From the NCBI GenBank assembly GCA_965261595.1, contig CBDHDG010000005.1:128001-192000 (forward strand): DNA of 64,000 nt. The letters run 5' to 3'. The stretch is from a bacterium (GTDB lineage Bacteria > UBA8248 > JACPRG01 > G963555815). A program made the translations under genes and the position numbers. The first letter of the stretch is position 1. Every line of letters begins with the position of its first letter. Below the pieces are notes generated by a model. It saw only the letters and a program-made list of their open reading frames with translations, was not told the DNA's origin and did no database searches. Positions 39,936-51,060 of this stretch are shown piece after piece.

Positions 39936-41101
39936 CCTCACCCCGCGCCTGGCCCGCGAGAGCAGGCCCGGCGACAAGGACACGTTCCTGTTCGACAGGA
40001 CGCTCCCCGGCTTCGGCCTTCGCATCCACCCCTCGGGGCGTAAGGTCTGGATCGTCCAGGCCCGCATCGAGGGACGGAGCCGGCGCATCGTCATCGCCCG
40101 CCATGGCGAGATGGAGTTATCGGAAGCCCGCCGACGCGCCCGAGACATGCGCGGGCGAGAACCCCGCCGAGGACATCCGCAGGGAGAAGGAGACGCCGAC
40201 GCTCGGGGAGTTCGCGGACGAATACCTGCGCCGCTGCGATCCGCTTTGGAAGCCTTCCGGGCGCAAGACCGTGCGAATCTATCCCAAGGCCCGCATCCTG
40301 CCCGCATTCGGTAGGATGCCCATCGACCGGATCGGCCCCGAGGACGTGGCCGCGTGGTTTGACGCGGCGAGCAAGGACAGGCCGGGCGCGGCCAACCGGG
40401 CGTTCGAGATACTCCGCGCAATGATGTTCCGGGCCGAGGAATGGGGCTGGCGCGAGCGCGACAGCAATCCCTGTCTCGGCATCGTCAAGAACCCGAGGAA
40501 CCATGTCGCCCGGTTCCTCGACACGGACGAGTTGGCGCGGCTGGGCCGCGCGCTCGACGCCCGCGAATCGGAATGGCCCGAGGCCGTCGCGGCGATCCGG
40601 CTGCTGGCCCTGACCGGATGCAGGCGGGGCGAGGTGCTCAATCTCAGATGGCGCGACATCGGTAACGACGCCATCAACCTGCCCGACTCCAAGACTGGTC
40701 CGCGCGCGGTGCCGCTCGGCGAAACCACACGGGCGCTGATCGACGCGCTGCCCGGACCGCGCGATGCGGAAGCATGCCTGTTTCCGCGACATGCCGACGG
40801 CCGGGGTCTCTGGATTCTCGCGAACTGCTGGCGCACGGTCTGCGCCGACGCGAAGCTCGGCAGGCCGCGTCTGCATGACTTGCGGCATACCGCCGCCAGT
40901 CACGCCGTCATGTCCGGCGAAAACCTTCCGCTCGTGGGAAAATTGCTCGGGCATCGGCGGCACCAGACCACGGCGGGCTATGCCCACCTGGCGGATGCGC
41001 ACCTTATCGAAGCGGCGGAAAGGGTCGGAAACGTGATTGCAGAGGCGATGGCCTGTATGTACAAAGGAGGCGATGTAGTTACAGTTACAATATTGGCGTG
41101 A
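39922..41101 (+). pseudogene. Second tandem tyrosine integrase, frameshift/deletion near 40150
   Basis: Arm domain PGFGLRIHPSGRK in one frame; TGCRRGE, HDLRH, LLGH, GYAH in another. Confidence 0.9.
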
Positions 41102-41104
41102 GGA

Positions 41105-41503
41105 CTACGCATCCGAAGCGCGTGTAACCCTAAACATCCGGTACATCATGCTCCGCAGATCGTCCTCCCAATCAATTTCGGCGGCTTTCAACGCCATAAT
41201 GAAGTCCACTTGTTCCTTGCTATGCGGCGGGCGGCGTAATATCTCGCGTAGGGTCTGCGGATCAAAAAATCTATGAAGATAATCGTAAGGATTCTTTCCG
41301 CTTGCTATCTGCTCAACCATTATCTTCGCCCACTGCCTTCTTCCCTGTCGCGTGTGGCTGTCCTCGATATCGAAAAAATCTTTCTCTGAAGGAGTTACAT
41401 TCCTAGCGAACACATTGTTAATTTCGCGAAGAAGGCCATTTAACAATCTGAAATGCTTGCGAATTATGCCGGATAGCTGCACCTTTTCGCCGTGAAGGGT
41501 CAA
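41105..41503 (-). CDS. Low-GC hypothetical protein fragment
   Basis: AT-rich ORF whose frame extends upstream past a TAG, so probably a remnant. Confidence 0.45.
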   Translation of the reverse strand: MTLHGEKVQLSGIIRKHFRLLNGLLREINNVFARNVTPSEKDFFDIEDSHTRQGRRQWAKIMVEQIASGKNPYDYLHRFFDPQTLREILRRPPHSKEQVDFIMALKAAEIDWEDDLRSMMYRMFRVTRASDA

Positions 41504-41935
41504 GACAAAGTTTCGAGACCTGTCATTCCATTTTCCAGACTATATCAAATTATCAATATAATACATCATGGAGCCCGTGCTGTCTTGTTGTTCAAAACCA
41601 TAAGAAATTTCTCACTGTGGAATAATTACTCATCCATGCAAAAGATTATTTCTAAAGAAAATGTCTCACATCTATCTGAACCTATACAATCCTGGCGTCA
41701 AGCAATTCCGGCGACGTTGTAATGGACCCGTTTTGCGGGTGCGCCACAACGCTTGAGGCGGCTCACACGGAAGGCCGTCGCTGGATAGGCATCGACATAG
41801 CCATTCACGCGATAAAGCGCGTGGCGCGGGTCCGGCTGGGCGACAGATGCGGCCTGGTTGAAGGCCGGGATTACGTGGTCGATGGTGTTCCCCGGGATCG
41901 GGAAGGCGCGAAGGATCTATGGGAGCGGGATAAAT

Positions 41936-43378
41936 GAGCCTGTCCCATTCATAGTTGAAGGTTGAGAAAAAGAGGTGGCGGTTCACTCCTGCCGACTCGG
42001 TTAGAATCGGGTTGGCAAACATTCAAAGAGGAGGAACCGCCATGAGTGAAGCTTACCAGATCGTCGAGAAGAAAGAGACCCAAAGGTTGGCCGCCTTTGT
42101 GGCGGAGCATGGGCAGGCGTTTTTTCCTCTGGTGTCGCTGGTGGAGCAGTCCCAACTGGCGGTGGAGGACCTGATGGACGTCATGGGCCGGGCGGGCCTG
42201 GAGGCCGTGCTTTTGCTGTCGGCCAAGGGCTTGACGGGCGCGCCGCATCCAGGCAAGCGGGGTGGCGAGGTCCGCCGGCACGGCAGCCAGGGGGGCCGGG
42301 TGACCCTGAAGGGGCGCAAGCTGAAGGTGAGAAAGCCGCGGCTTCGCCGCCGGGGCCAGGGTCGGGGCGGGGAGGTGGAGGTGCTGGCGTATGCGGCCAT
42401 GCAGGCCGACCCCGGGCTGGGGGAGCGGATGCTGGATTTGCTGATGCGAGGGGTCTCGACGCGGAACTACGCGGCCGTTCTTCCCGAGCTGGCCGAGACG
42501 GTGAGGGTGTCGAAGTCGGCCGTGAGCCGGGAGAGCATCGAGGCGGCCGAGGTGGAGCTGCGGCGTCTTTGTGAGCGGCGTTTTGACGACATCGACCTCC
42601 TCATCCTCTACCTGGACGGTCTGCGCTTCGGCGCGCATCACGTCATCGTGGCCGTTGGGGTGGACACACGGGGCCAAAAGCACGTTCTGGGCCTGAGGTC
42701 GGGCGCCACCGAGAACGCCACGGTCGTGACGGCGCTTCTTGAGGAGTTGGTGGAGCGCGGCGTGCGGCCCGGGCGGCGTCGGCTTTTCGTCATCGACGGC
42801 TCGAGGGCGCTTCGTGCGGCGATTGACCGGGTGTACGGGGACGACAATCCGGTGTAGCGGTGCCGCAACCACAAGGTGAAGAACGTGATGGACCACCTGC
42901 CCGAGGAGTTGAAGGACCCGGTGAAGGCGACGATGAAGGCGGCCTGGCGGCTGGCGCCGAAGGAGGGGATTGCCCGTCTGCGCAAGCAGGCCCGGTGGCT
43001 TCAGATCGAGCATCCGGACGCGGCCGCCAGCCTTTTGGAGGGTCTGGAGGAGATCTTCACCGTCAACCGCTTGGCTCTTCCGCCCGGCCTTCGGCGCTGC
43101 CTGGTGAGCACGAACCTGATCGAGAGTCCCTGTTCGGGGGTGCGGATGCGCACCCGGCGCGTCGGCCGCTGGCGGGACGGGGCGATGGTGAAAAGGTGGG
43201 CCGCTTCCGCTTTCCTCGCCACCGAGAAGAACTTCCGTCGCCTGGACGGCTACCGGGACCTGTGGATCCTGAAGGCCGTTCTGGACGAGCCCCGCTTTGA
43301 CACCCGAGAGGAGGTCGCATAAGGTGAACCACACACGGACCGCCGCCTCAAACCTTCAACTGAATTCGGGACACCCTC
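41936..43378 (+). mobile_element. IS256-family element, copy 1 (1443 bp)
   Basis: IR GAGCCTGTCCC..AGTTGAAGGTT; 8-bp TSD GGATAAAT. Confidence 0.95.
42042..43322 (+). pseudogene. IS256 transposase with in-frame TAG (42855-42857)
   Basis: GVSTR, YLDG, IDG, PV*RCRNHK, STNLIES. Confidence 0.92.
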
Positions 43379-43940
43379 GGATAAATATCACTTTCAGAAA
43401 TGGGCGGTCGAGGAAGTCGATGGATTCGTGACCACGAAGCGGACGGCGGACGGCGGGATCGACGATCGCCTGTACTTCGCCATCCCCAAAGAGAAAGACC
43501 TGCAAAGCATGGCCCTTGAGGTGAAGGGCGGAAAGAATGTGTCTATCCGCGATCTTCGTGCCCTTCATGGCGTCCTGGACAATGACGAGGGGCTCATGGC
43601 GGGTTTGATCATCATGGACCCTCTAGGGCCGACGAAGGACCGGAACTTTCATTCTGACATGGCGAAGGCCGGAGACCTTGAAGTCGATGGGGTAAAATAC
43701 AGCCGGATGCAGATGCTGACAGTCGATGAAATTCTGGAAGGAAAGCGATTTCACACGCCGGGCGTTGTGGGGCGTGGTCTTTCACAACCGACCTTACCAG
43801 GAACGTTAAGCCCATAACTTATGATTCCTTTTGGCAAACTCCCGACCTGACATCGTCATCTCAAGACTCCTGTCTAAAATCCGACGTGGAAAAGACACTC
43901 CCTCTCTTTGAGGCTTCTTTCTCTTGGCTACGAGTGAGAT

Positions 43941-44125
43941 TCAATTGTCGCACGCAAGCCTCCGAGCACCTTTTCCGCCGTGATGGCCAGGTCGCGGATG
44001 CGCACGCCGCCGCCGTCGTAGACCGCACCCGCGATGGACGCCGCGGTCGGCACCAGCACCGCCTCCGAGAACCTCTTTGCGCCAAATGGGCCTGTGGGCT
44101 CCGGTTCCTCGACGAAATTCTGGAG
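43941..44125 (-). pseudogene. C-terminal remnant of a Mo-hydroxylase large subunit
   Basis: VEEPEPTGPFGAKRFSEAVLVPTAASIAGAVYDGGGVRIRDLAITAEKVL. Confidence 0.75.
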
Positions 44126-44265
44126 GATGGGCGCGCCGTCCTATCGGCGCCCCTTCGCTCATTCGGCTCGATCCGCCGGACAAAATGGGATGCGATCCCG
44201 ATATTCACCTCAAGTCACAAGCAAAACGCTCCAACACTCCGTCGAACGGTCAGGGAGTTCCATTC

Positions 44266-45276
44266 CTATTTCAGAAACTTATCCGTGTAGGTATCCTCGA
44301 TGCGGACCTTCTTGGGGTCCTTTCCGAACGAGCTCAATACAGTGTCCCGCGTCCGCACCATCTTCTCCCGGGTCATATGCCCGATGCCGTGTTTCTTGGC
44401 TGCCGGGGTAAGGACCAGGTGGTCACGGAGAATATCCACGGTTTCGCGGGAGAGCTTCGGGTTCAGGTGTGGTTGCGCCTTGAGGAGGATCTTGGTCGAC
44501 TCGTCGGGGTGGTCGAAGGTGTAATAATAGGCCTTGACCACGGCCTGGACGAATCCCCGGAGGCTTTTCGGGTTCGCGGCAGCGAACTCGTCCTTCACCA
44601 CAATCCCGTTGCTGTAGATGTCCACGCCGTAATTCGCATAGACGATCTTGTTGTACCCTCCGAGCTTCTTGGTCACCATGTTCATGACCGGGTCGAGGGT
44701 GATGAAGTTCGTGGCGCCGTCCACCTTTTTCGCCAACAAAACGGCCGTCTTCTGGGCGGGGGCGACGGTCAGCCATTTGACCGCGCACGGGTTGATGCCC
44801 GCCTTTTTTGCGAAGACCGGAAACAGCTTCTTGTTGATGTCCCCGGCTGCGGCCGCGATGGTCTTCCCGACCAAGTCCTTGGGCGTGGTCAGGCCGCTCT
44901 TTTTCAGGGTGTAGATGAGGTACGGCGCCTTTTCGTACATCACGGCGACGAGCTTGTTCATGGCCCCTTCGGTCCGGCCGAGGATGGTGGCCCCCGTGTC
45001 CCCAAAGACGATGTCGGCCTGTCCCGACGTCACGCGCTTGATGCTGTCGCTTGCCCCATAGCCGCGGGTCATCGTCACGTTGAGGCCCCGGTCCTTGTAA
45101 TACCCTTTCTCGAGAGCGACGAAAAAGGGCGTGTGCGCGCCGTAAAAGGCCCAATCCGCCGCGAATTTCAGTTTCGTCTTCTCCGCTCCCGATACGAGGC
45201 CCGCAGGCACCAACAGGATGGAGAAGACCAGGGAAGAAATGATCCCCAAGCCACGTCTGGAGCCTGTCCCATTCAT
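44266..45276 (-). CDS. NMT1/THI5-like ABC substrate-binding protein; native start (46721) separated by IS256
   Basis: ADWAFYGAHTPFFVALEKGYY; AAGGAG and ATG CGA AAG GGC AGA CGT lie beyond the IS. Confidence 0.88.
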   Translation of the reverse strand: MNGTGSRRGLGIISSLVFSILLVPAGLVSGAEKTKLKFAADWAFYGAHTPFFVALEKGYYKDRGLNVTMTRGYGASDSIKRVTSGQADIVFGDTGATILGRTEGAMNKLVAVMYEKAPYLIYTLKKSGLTTPKDLVGKTIAAAAGDINKKLFPVFAKKAGINPCAVKWLTVAPAQKTAVLLAKKVDGATNFITLDPVMNMVTKKLGGYNKIVYANYGVDIYSNGIVVKDEFAAANPKSLRGFVQAVVKAYYYTFDHPDESTKILLKAQPHLNPKLSRETVDILRDHLVLTPAAKKHGIGHMTREKMVRTRDTVLSSFGKDPKKVRIEDTYTDKFLK

Positions 45277-46702
45277 AGTTGCAGGTTGAGAAAAAGAGGT
45301 GGCGGTTCACTCCTGCCGACTCGGTTAGAATCGGGTTGGCAAACATTCAAAGAGGAGGAACCGCCATGAGTGAAGCTTACCAGATCATCGAGAAGAAAGA
45401 GACCCAAAGGTTGGCCGCCTTTGTGGCGGAGCACGGGCAGGCGTTTTTTCCTCTGGTGTCGCTGGTGGAGCAGTCCCAACTGGCGGTGGAGGACCTGATG
45501 GACGTCATGGGCCGGGCGGGCCTGGAGGCCGTGCTTTTGCTGTCGGCCAAGGGCTTGACGGGCGCGCCGCATCCAGGCAAGCGGGGTGGCGAGGTCCGCC
45601 GGCACGGCAGCCAGGGGGGCCGGGTGACCCTGAAGGGGCGCAAGCTGAAGGTGAGAAAGCCGCGGCTTCGCCGCCGGGGCCAGGGTCGGGGCGGGGAGGT
45701 GGAGGTGCCGGCGTATGCGGCCATGCAGGCCGACCCCGGGCTGGGGGAGCGGATGCTGGATTTGCTGATGCGAGGGGTCTCGACGCGGAACTACGCGGCC
45801 GTTCTTCCCGAGCTGGCCGAGACGGTGGGGGTGTCGAAGTCGGCCGTGAGCCGGGAGAGCATCGAGGCGGCCGAGGCGGAGCTGCGGCGTCTTTGTGAGC
45901 GGCGTTTTGACGACATCGACCTCCTCATCCTCTACCTGGACGGTCTGCGCTTCGGCGCGCATCACGTCATCGTGGCCGTTGGGGTGGACACACGGGGCCA
46001 AAAGCACGTTCTGGGCCTGAGGTCGGGCGCCACCGAGAACGCCACGGTCGTGACGGCGCTTCTTGAGGAGTTGGTGGAGCGCGGCGTGCGGCCCGGGCGG
46101 CGTCGGCTTTTCGTCATCGACGGCTCGAGGGCGCTTCGTGCGGCGATTGACCGGGTGTACGGGGACGACAATCCGGTGTAGCGGTGCCGCAACCACAAGG
46201 TGAAGAACGTGATGGACCACCTGCCCGAGGAGTTGAAGGACCCGGTGAAGGCGACGATGAAGGCGGCCTGGCGGCTGGCGCCGAAGGAGGGGATTGCCCG
46301 TCTGCGCAAGCAGGCCCGGTGGCTTCAGATCGAGCATCCGGACGCGGCCGCCAGCCTTTTGGAGGGTCTGGAGGAGATCTTCACCGTCAACCGCTTGGCT
46401 CTTCCGCCCGGCCTTCGGCGCTGCCTGGTGAGCACGAACCTGATCGAGAGTCCCTGTTCGGGGGTGCGGATGCGCACCCGGCGCGTCGGCCGCTGGCGGG
46501 ACGGGGCGATGGTGAAAAGGTGGGCCGCTTCCGCCTTCCTCGCCACCGAGAAGAACTTCCGTCGCCTGGACGGCTACCGGGACCTGTGGATCCTGAAGGC
46601 CGTTCTGGACGAGCCCCGCTTTGACACCCGAGAGGAGGTCGCATAAGGTGAACCACACACGGACCGCCGCCTCAAACCTTCAACTGAATTCGGGACACCC
46701 TC
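45260..46702 (+). mobile_element. IS256-family element, copy 2
   Basis: 8-bp TSD CACGTCTG; near-identical to copy 1. Confidence 0.95.
45366..46646 (+). pseudogene. IS256 transposase with in-frame TAG (46179-46181)
   Basis: Same nonsense codon as copy 1. Confidence 0.92.
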
Positions 46703-46814
46703 CACGTCTGCCCTTTCGCATTGTTGTTCTCCTTTTGCTCAAGGTTTGAGGGGTCACAATTTTCACCGATCGCTTCCGAAAGGTTGAGAATTCATCATTT
46801 GAGTCTCTAGACTC

Positions 46815-47120
46815 TTTATCCTGAATCTTGTGTCTCTCCGCTCCGTTGCACTTCCCAGGGCTGTACCGCGACTCACCCTCAGGCTCAGGGCCGTAGATCT
46901 TGACCCACTGAGCGTAGTCGATATCAGCCCCAAAGGTTTCTTCAACAGCCTGAAGATGGGAGCGGTGACCATCGGTTGTCAGTTGAACACGGTTCGCTAA
47001 CCGAGCCACCAAATCGCCAAAGAAGATTTTTGCGTGTTTCAGGGTCCGATAACCGGCCATCCACGAGGGAACGAGTTTGGTATCCGCACAAATAGCGGTC
47101 CAGGTCCAAACATCTCCGTT
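46815..47120 (-). pseudogene. IS1-family transposase fragment
   Basis: DVWTWTAICADTKLVPSW..G.R, RVQLTTDG, DIDYAQ..KIY, RYSP. Confidence 0.8.
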
Positions 47121-47176
47121 CCTTGATGTCTTTCAGTCCATTTAGAGAAAAGGCATACCCTTCATGCTTGTTTTAA

Positions 47177-48844
47177 CCGGAATTTCCCATATCAACTTGC
47201 TTGGGTGGTTTCCGGTCCCCTTTCCCGATGAAAACCAGTTGATCCCCTTCCGATGGGTTTGTCAAGAGCCTTCCAACCCTCCGCAACAAGGTGCTGACGG
47301 CCATCGACTGCCCCAAAAGGCGGACCCTCGCCCTTCGGTCCCCTTTGTTCGCGGTTCAACCCGTTAACCAATCACCTCATGCTGCCGGGAACCCTCTGCA
47401 CAAGGTTAGACCGGCACCGGCCGTAATCGGTTGATTCGGTCCAGGATGATGGCGAACTCTTCCCTGGACACCGCTACTTCGGCCAATTGAAAGATGATCT
47501 GCCGGGCGTGCCGCACAATCCTCCCGCCCATTTTGATGAGCTTGACCTGGAGGCTTCGGAGCGACCAGTGCTTGAGCCCCCTGGGCAAGGCTAGCCTGCG
47601 CAGGAAATTGCCCAGGTTGTACGCCAGGACGAAGAGAAGGAGCCGCACCTGGTTGCACACGAACCGGTGACAGGAAAGGCGTGTCCAGTTCAGGGCGTAC
47701 TTGCCTTCCTTGATCCATTGCTCGGCTGTGCCTCGCTGGTTGTAGAAGTGCACGACCCCCTCGGGTCGAGCCGTCAGGTTCGTGACAATGAATCCGACGC
47801 GAGGGAAGAGTTCGCCTGAGTGCCATTCCACCTTCGCCACGACCCGCCGGGAACGGTCCCAGCTTCCAGCCTGATACCGGAAGTCGTAATAGAAGATGAT
47901 GGGTCTCTTGGGCGGGCGACCGACCGGGCGGGTGAGGAGGAAGTCGATCTCTCGCTGCACCACGTCGTTGGCGGGAAGGCGGATGGCGTAAAGGAAGCTG
48001 TGCGCTTCCAGGCACTCATAGACCTCCGGGCGCGCAAAGGCGGCATCGGCTCGGCAGTAACGGCGAACACCCGCCCGCTCATACCGGGCCGCGATGGGCG
48101 AAAGCAACTCGCGCCAGCCATCGGCGCTGTGCACGTTGCCGGGGCGCAACATCGCCCCTTCGCAGTCCCCGAACTGGTTAAAGCAAAAAAGAGGGTGATA
48201 ACAGGTGCAACGAAAGTGGCCGTTGTAGGCCGTACCTTCCTGCTCCCCATGGACGGGGCTTTCCGAGCTGTCCATGTCCAGGATGATTCGCTGATGGGGT
48301 GAGTGTGCCATGGCCCGGTCCACCCACTCCCGGTTCAGCTCGCTCCGGCCCCTTGAGATTCTCCTCCTTGGTGAGAACCTCGGTCTCGAACCGGCTCAGG
48401 GTGTTGGCGCCCGCCGCCTGCTTCTCAAGCGCTCGGCGGCCGACCACGGCTTGCATCGCGGGGTCCTGGGCCAACCGCTCGGCATCGTTGGTGTCTTCAT
48501 ACCCTGCCAAGCGGCTATAGACCGACTGGCGCAATAGCGGCGCCAACTCATGCTGGATGTTCCGGCCATGACGGATCTCTTGCAATTGCACTGGCGCTCT
48601 CACCGTCAAACCCAGCGCATCATCCAGCTCCCGGCAGGCCAGCAATCCCGCATCCGAAGTGATTCTGGTTCCGTGAAACTCAAGCCTCAGCCGACGGTCA
48701 AAACGGATCTTCAAAGCCCCCTTCTTCGCTTCACCCATTGGGTCCCCTCGCAAGATGATGGCAGGGAGAGGCCAACACCTTGATCTTACACGAGAAAACG
48801 GCATTCGGTCCGACAAAACTTATGATCCATATGGGAAATGCGGG
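47177..48844 (-). mobile_element. IS1380-family element (variant), transposase 47406-48738 with frameshift near 48348
   Basis: Ends CCGGAATTTCCCATATC / CATATGGGAAATGCGGG; IS1380 motifs. Confidence 0.92.
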
Positions 48845-48965
48845 TTATAAGGGGTTTTCGGACCTGAGGGTTCCGTTTTGTGATTGCGGGTGGATCGGCG
48901 GCTTAATGAAGCCGAGGCCCATCCGCTTCCGAGTGAGGGGGGGAGGAGGGGGGGAGAGCTGACCG

Positions 48966-49413
48966 ATGCCGTTCGTGAGCCGGTTGTTCGTCAAGACCAG
49001 TCTCGTGTTTTTTGTCCTGACCTTTGTGTCGGGCGGGATGCTGTTGACATACCAATCGTTCGGGAAGATGGACGTCCCCTGGGGGTTCATCGTCGCCCAC
49101 ACGCACGCGGGCACGGTGGGCTGGCTGGTCATGATGGTCAATGGGGGTCGCTTACTGGATGTTCCCCCTGGACAAGAAGCGGTTCGAAGGCGGGCGGGGG
49201 AGATACCAGGAGGGCCTGGCCTTGGCCAGCTATTGGCTGGTGTGCGGCGGACTGGTCATCCGCATCGTGGTCGAACCCCTGACCGCGAGGGGGGCCGGCG
49301 GAGTGTTGGGCGGAATCTTGGCCCTTTCCGGAATCGCCCAGAGCGTGGGGGCGCTCATCTTCGTGTGGGAGATCTGGTCTCGCGTCCGGGGAATCGGAAA
49401 GGAGGCGCCATGA
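48966..49413 (+). pseudogene. Four-TM membrane protein (heme-copper oxidase subunit I-like HxH motif), frameshift at ~49140
   Basis: HTHAGTVGWL..MGVAYWMFP split across two frames. Confidence 0.7.
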
Positions 49414-49671
49414 GTCAGGGGGCCTGAAAAAACCGGCGCCCGCAAAAACGGGGAAGCGGGTGCTTTTGGGAAAATCCCCCCCTAAAATTTGTTCTTCGAG
49501 TTGGGACCGGGTAGAATGAGAGGAGCGCGGAGTGGGGCGTGTCGGTTTCCGAAGGGGGCTCCTCCGGGCTGAGCGGTTCGATTTTCGGCTCCCCCCCCCA
49601 TCGTTTGAAGGCCTCTTGCCATGATCGCTTCCCGAGAAGAGGGCGGGCGCGAGCCTTCATCAGAGATACGC

Positions 49672-50454
49672 ATGGGTCTCAATCCCTTTGGCCTGATCCG
49701 GCGGCTGGGCGCGGCCGGCATCTCCGTCCTCCAAGAAATGGGGCGGATGTTCATCTTTCTCTTCGATGTCTTGCGGGGGTTCTTCCTCCCCCCGTTCCGT
49801 CCCCGCCTCGTTCTCAAGCAACTCCACTTCATCGGCGTCCGGTCCATTGGGATCATTACGCTGACGGCCCTGTTCACCGGGATGGTCATCGGCCTTCAGG
49901 GCTATTACACCCTTCGCCAGTTCGGGTCCGAGGGGCTTTTGGGCGCGGCCGTCGCGTTGAGTCTGATTCGGGAGCTGGGCCCGGTCCTTTCCGCCCTGAT
50001 GGTGACGGCCAGGGCGGGTTCGGCCATGACGGCCGAGATTGGCATCATGACCATCACTGAGCAGATCGACGCCTTGTTCTCCATGGCGGTGAACCCGATC
50101 CGGTATCTTGTTGTGCCGAAAGTTCTGGCGGCCCTGATTGCCGTTCCGCTGCTTTGCGCGATTTTCAACGTGGTGGGGATCGGCGGCGGGTATCTCGTCG
50201 GCGTCAAGCTCCTGGGGGTCAGCGAGGGGGCTTTTTTCGGGCAAATGGAGTCGAGCGTAGTCTGGAAAGACGTCTACAGCGGAATTCTGAAATCCATCAG
50301 CTTCGGGTTGTTGCTCACGTGGATTGCGTGTTATAAAGGCTACACAGCGGGACATGGTGCGGAGGGCGTCAGCCGGGCGACGACGGAATCAGTGGTGATG
50401 GCCTCCGTGTCGATATTGATCTGGGATTACTTCATGACCTCGATCCTGTTGTGA
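49672..50454 (+). CDS. mlaE: MlaE-family ABC permease
   Basis: LIRELGPVL, RAGSAMTAEIG, EQIDAL, GAEGVSRATT; start uncertain (49621 or 49672). Confidence 0.95.
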   Translation: MGLNPFGLIRRLGAAGISVLQEMGRMFIFLFDVLRGFFLPPFRPRLVLKQLHFIGVRSIGIITLTALFTGMVIGLQGYYTLRQFGSEGLLGAAVALSLIRELGPVLSALMVTARAGSAMTAEIGIMTITEQIDALFSMAVNPIRYLVVPKVLAALIAVPLLCAIFNVVGIGGGYLVGVKLLGVSEGAFFGQMESSVVWKDVYSGILKSISFGLLLTWIACYKGYTAGHGAEGVSRATTESVVMASVSILIWDYFMTSILL

Positions 50455-50470
50455 GATAAGGGACGATTGG

Positions 50471-50926
50471 GTGAAACAGGCTGGCGTGGAAACGCTCGTG
50501 GGCGTATTTGTTCTGGCGGGGATGGCTTCTTTGGCCTATCTCGCGATCTCGCTGGGCGGCCTGGAAATTTTCCAAGGAAATAATTACCGTGTCATGGCGT
50601 TGTTCGGCTCCGCCAGCGGCCTGACAAGCGGGGATTCCATCGAGATCGCCGGGGTGGAGATCGGCAAGGTGGGACGGATCTCCCTGAGTGACGACGACCA
50701 GGCGCGCGTGGAGATGAAAATCCGCGGAGGCGTCAAACTCACCGAAGACGTGATTGCTTCCGTCCGGACGAAGGGGCTCATCGGCGACCGCTACATCAAG
50801 CTGGAGCAAGGCGGATCGGAGCGCTATATTAAGGCTGGTGGTCGGATCCGGGAGACGACTCCCCCCTTGGACATCGAAGAGTTGATTGGCCAATTCATCT
50901 TCGGTAAAATCGACAAAAAGAAATAA
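50471..50926 (+). CDS. mlaD: MCE-domain protein MlaD
   Basis: FGSASGL, IAGVEIGKV, TKGLIGDRYI, IEELIGQF. Confidence 0.95.
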   Translation: MKQAGVETLVGVFVLAGMASLAYLAISLGGLEIFQGNNYRVMALFGSASGLTSGDSIEIAGVEIGKVGRISLSDDDQARVEMKIRGGVKLTEDVIASVRTKGLIGDRYIKLEQGGSERYIKAGGRIRETTPPLDIEELIGQFIFGKIDKKK

Positions 50927-51060
50927 AAAGTGAGAATCGGCATTCGGTGCGCCGGGGAATGAAATTTGCTTCAAAAGATGAAGGTGATTCTGTTCATGGC
51001 GGAGGACGCCCGGGCAATCAGGTCCCTGAACCCGAATTCCGACCCCTTTGGAGGCGAACG

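Larger units (their letters stand above)
41689..43817 (+). pseudogene. DNA methyltransferase / Mrr-like endonuclease fusion, 5'-truncated and split by IS256
   Basis: GDVVMDPFCGC..WIGID (SAM-binding motif I); after the IS: FQKWAV, DGGID, EVKGG. Confidence 0.85.

Noticed and set aside
42855..42857. Genome-wide TAG reassignment
   Set aside because: TAG ends many intact genes here (e.g. 4530, 15576, 18180, 63503)
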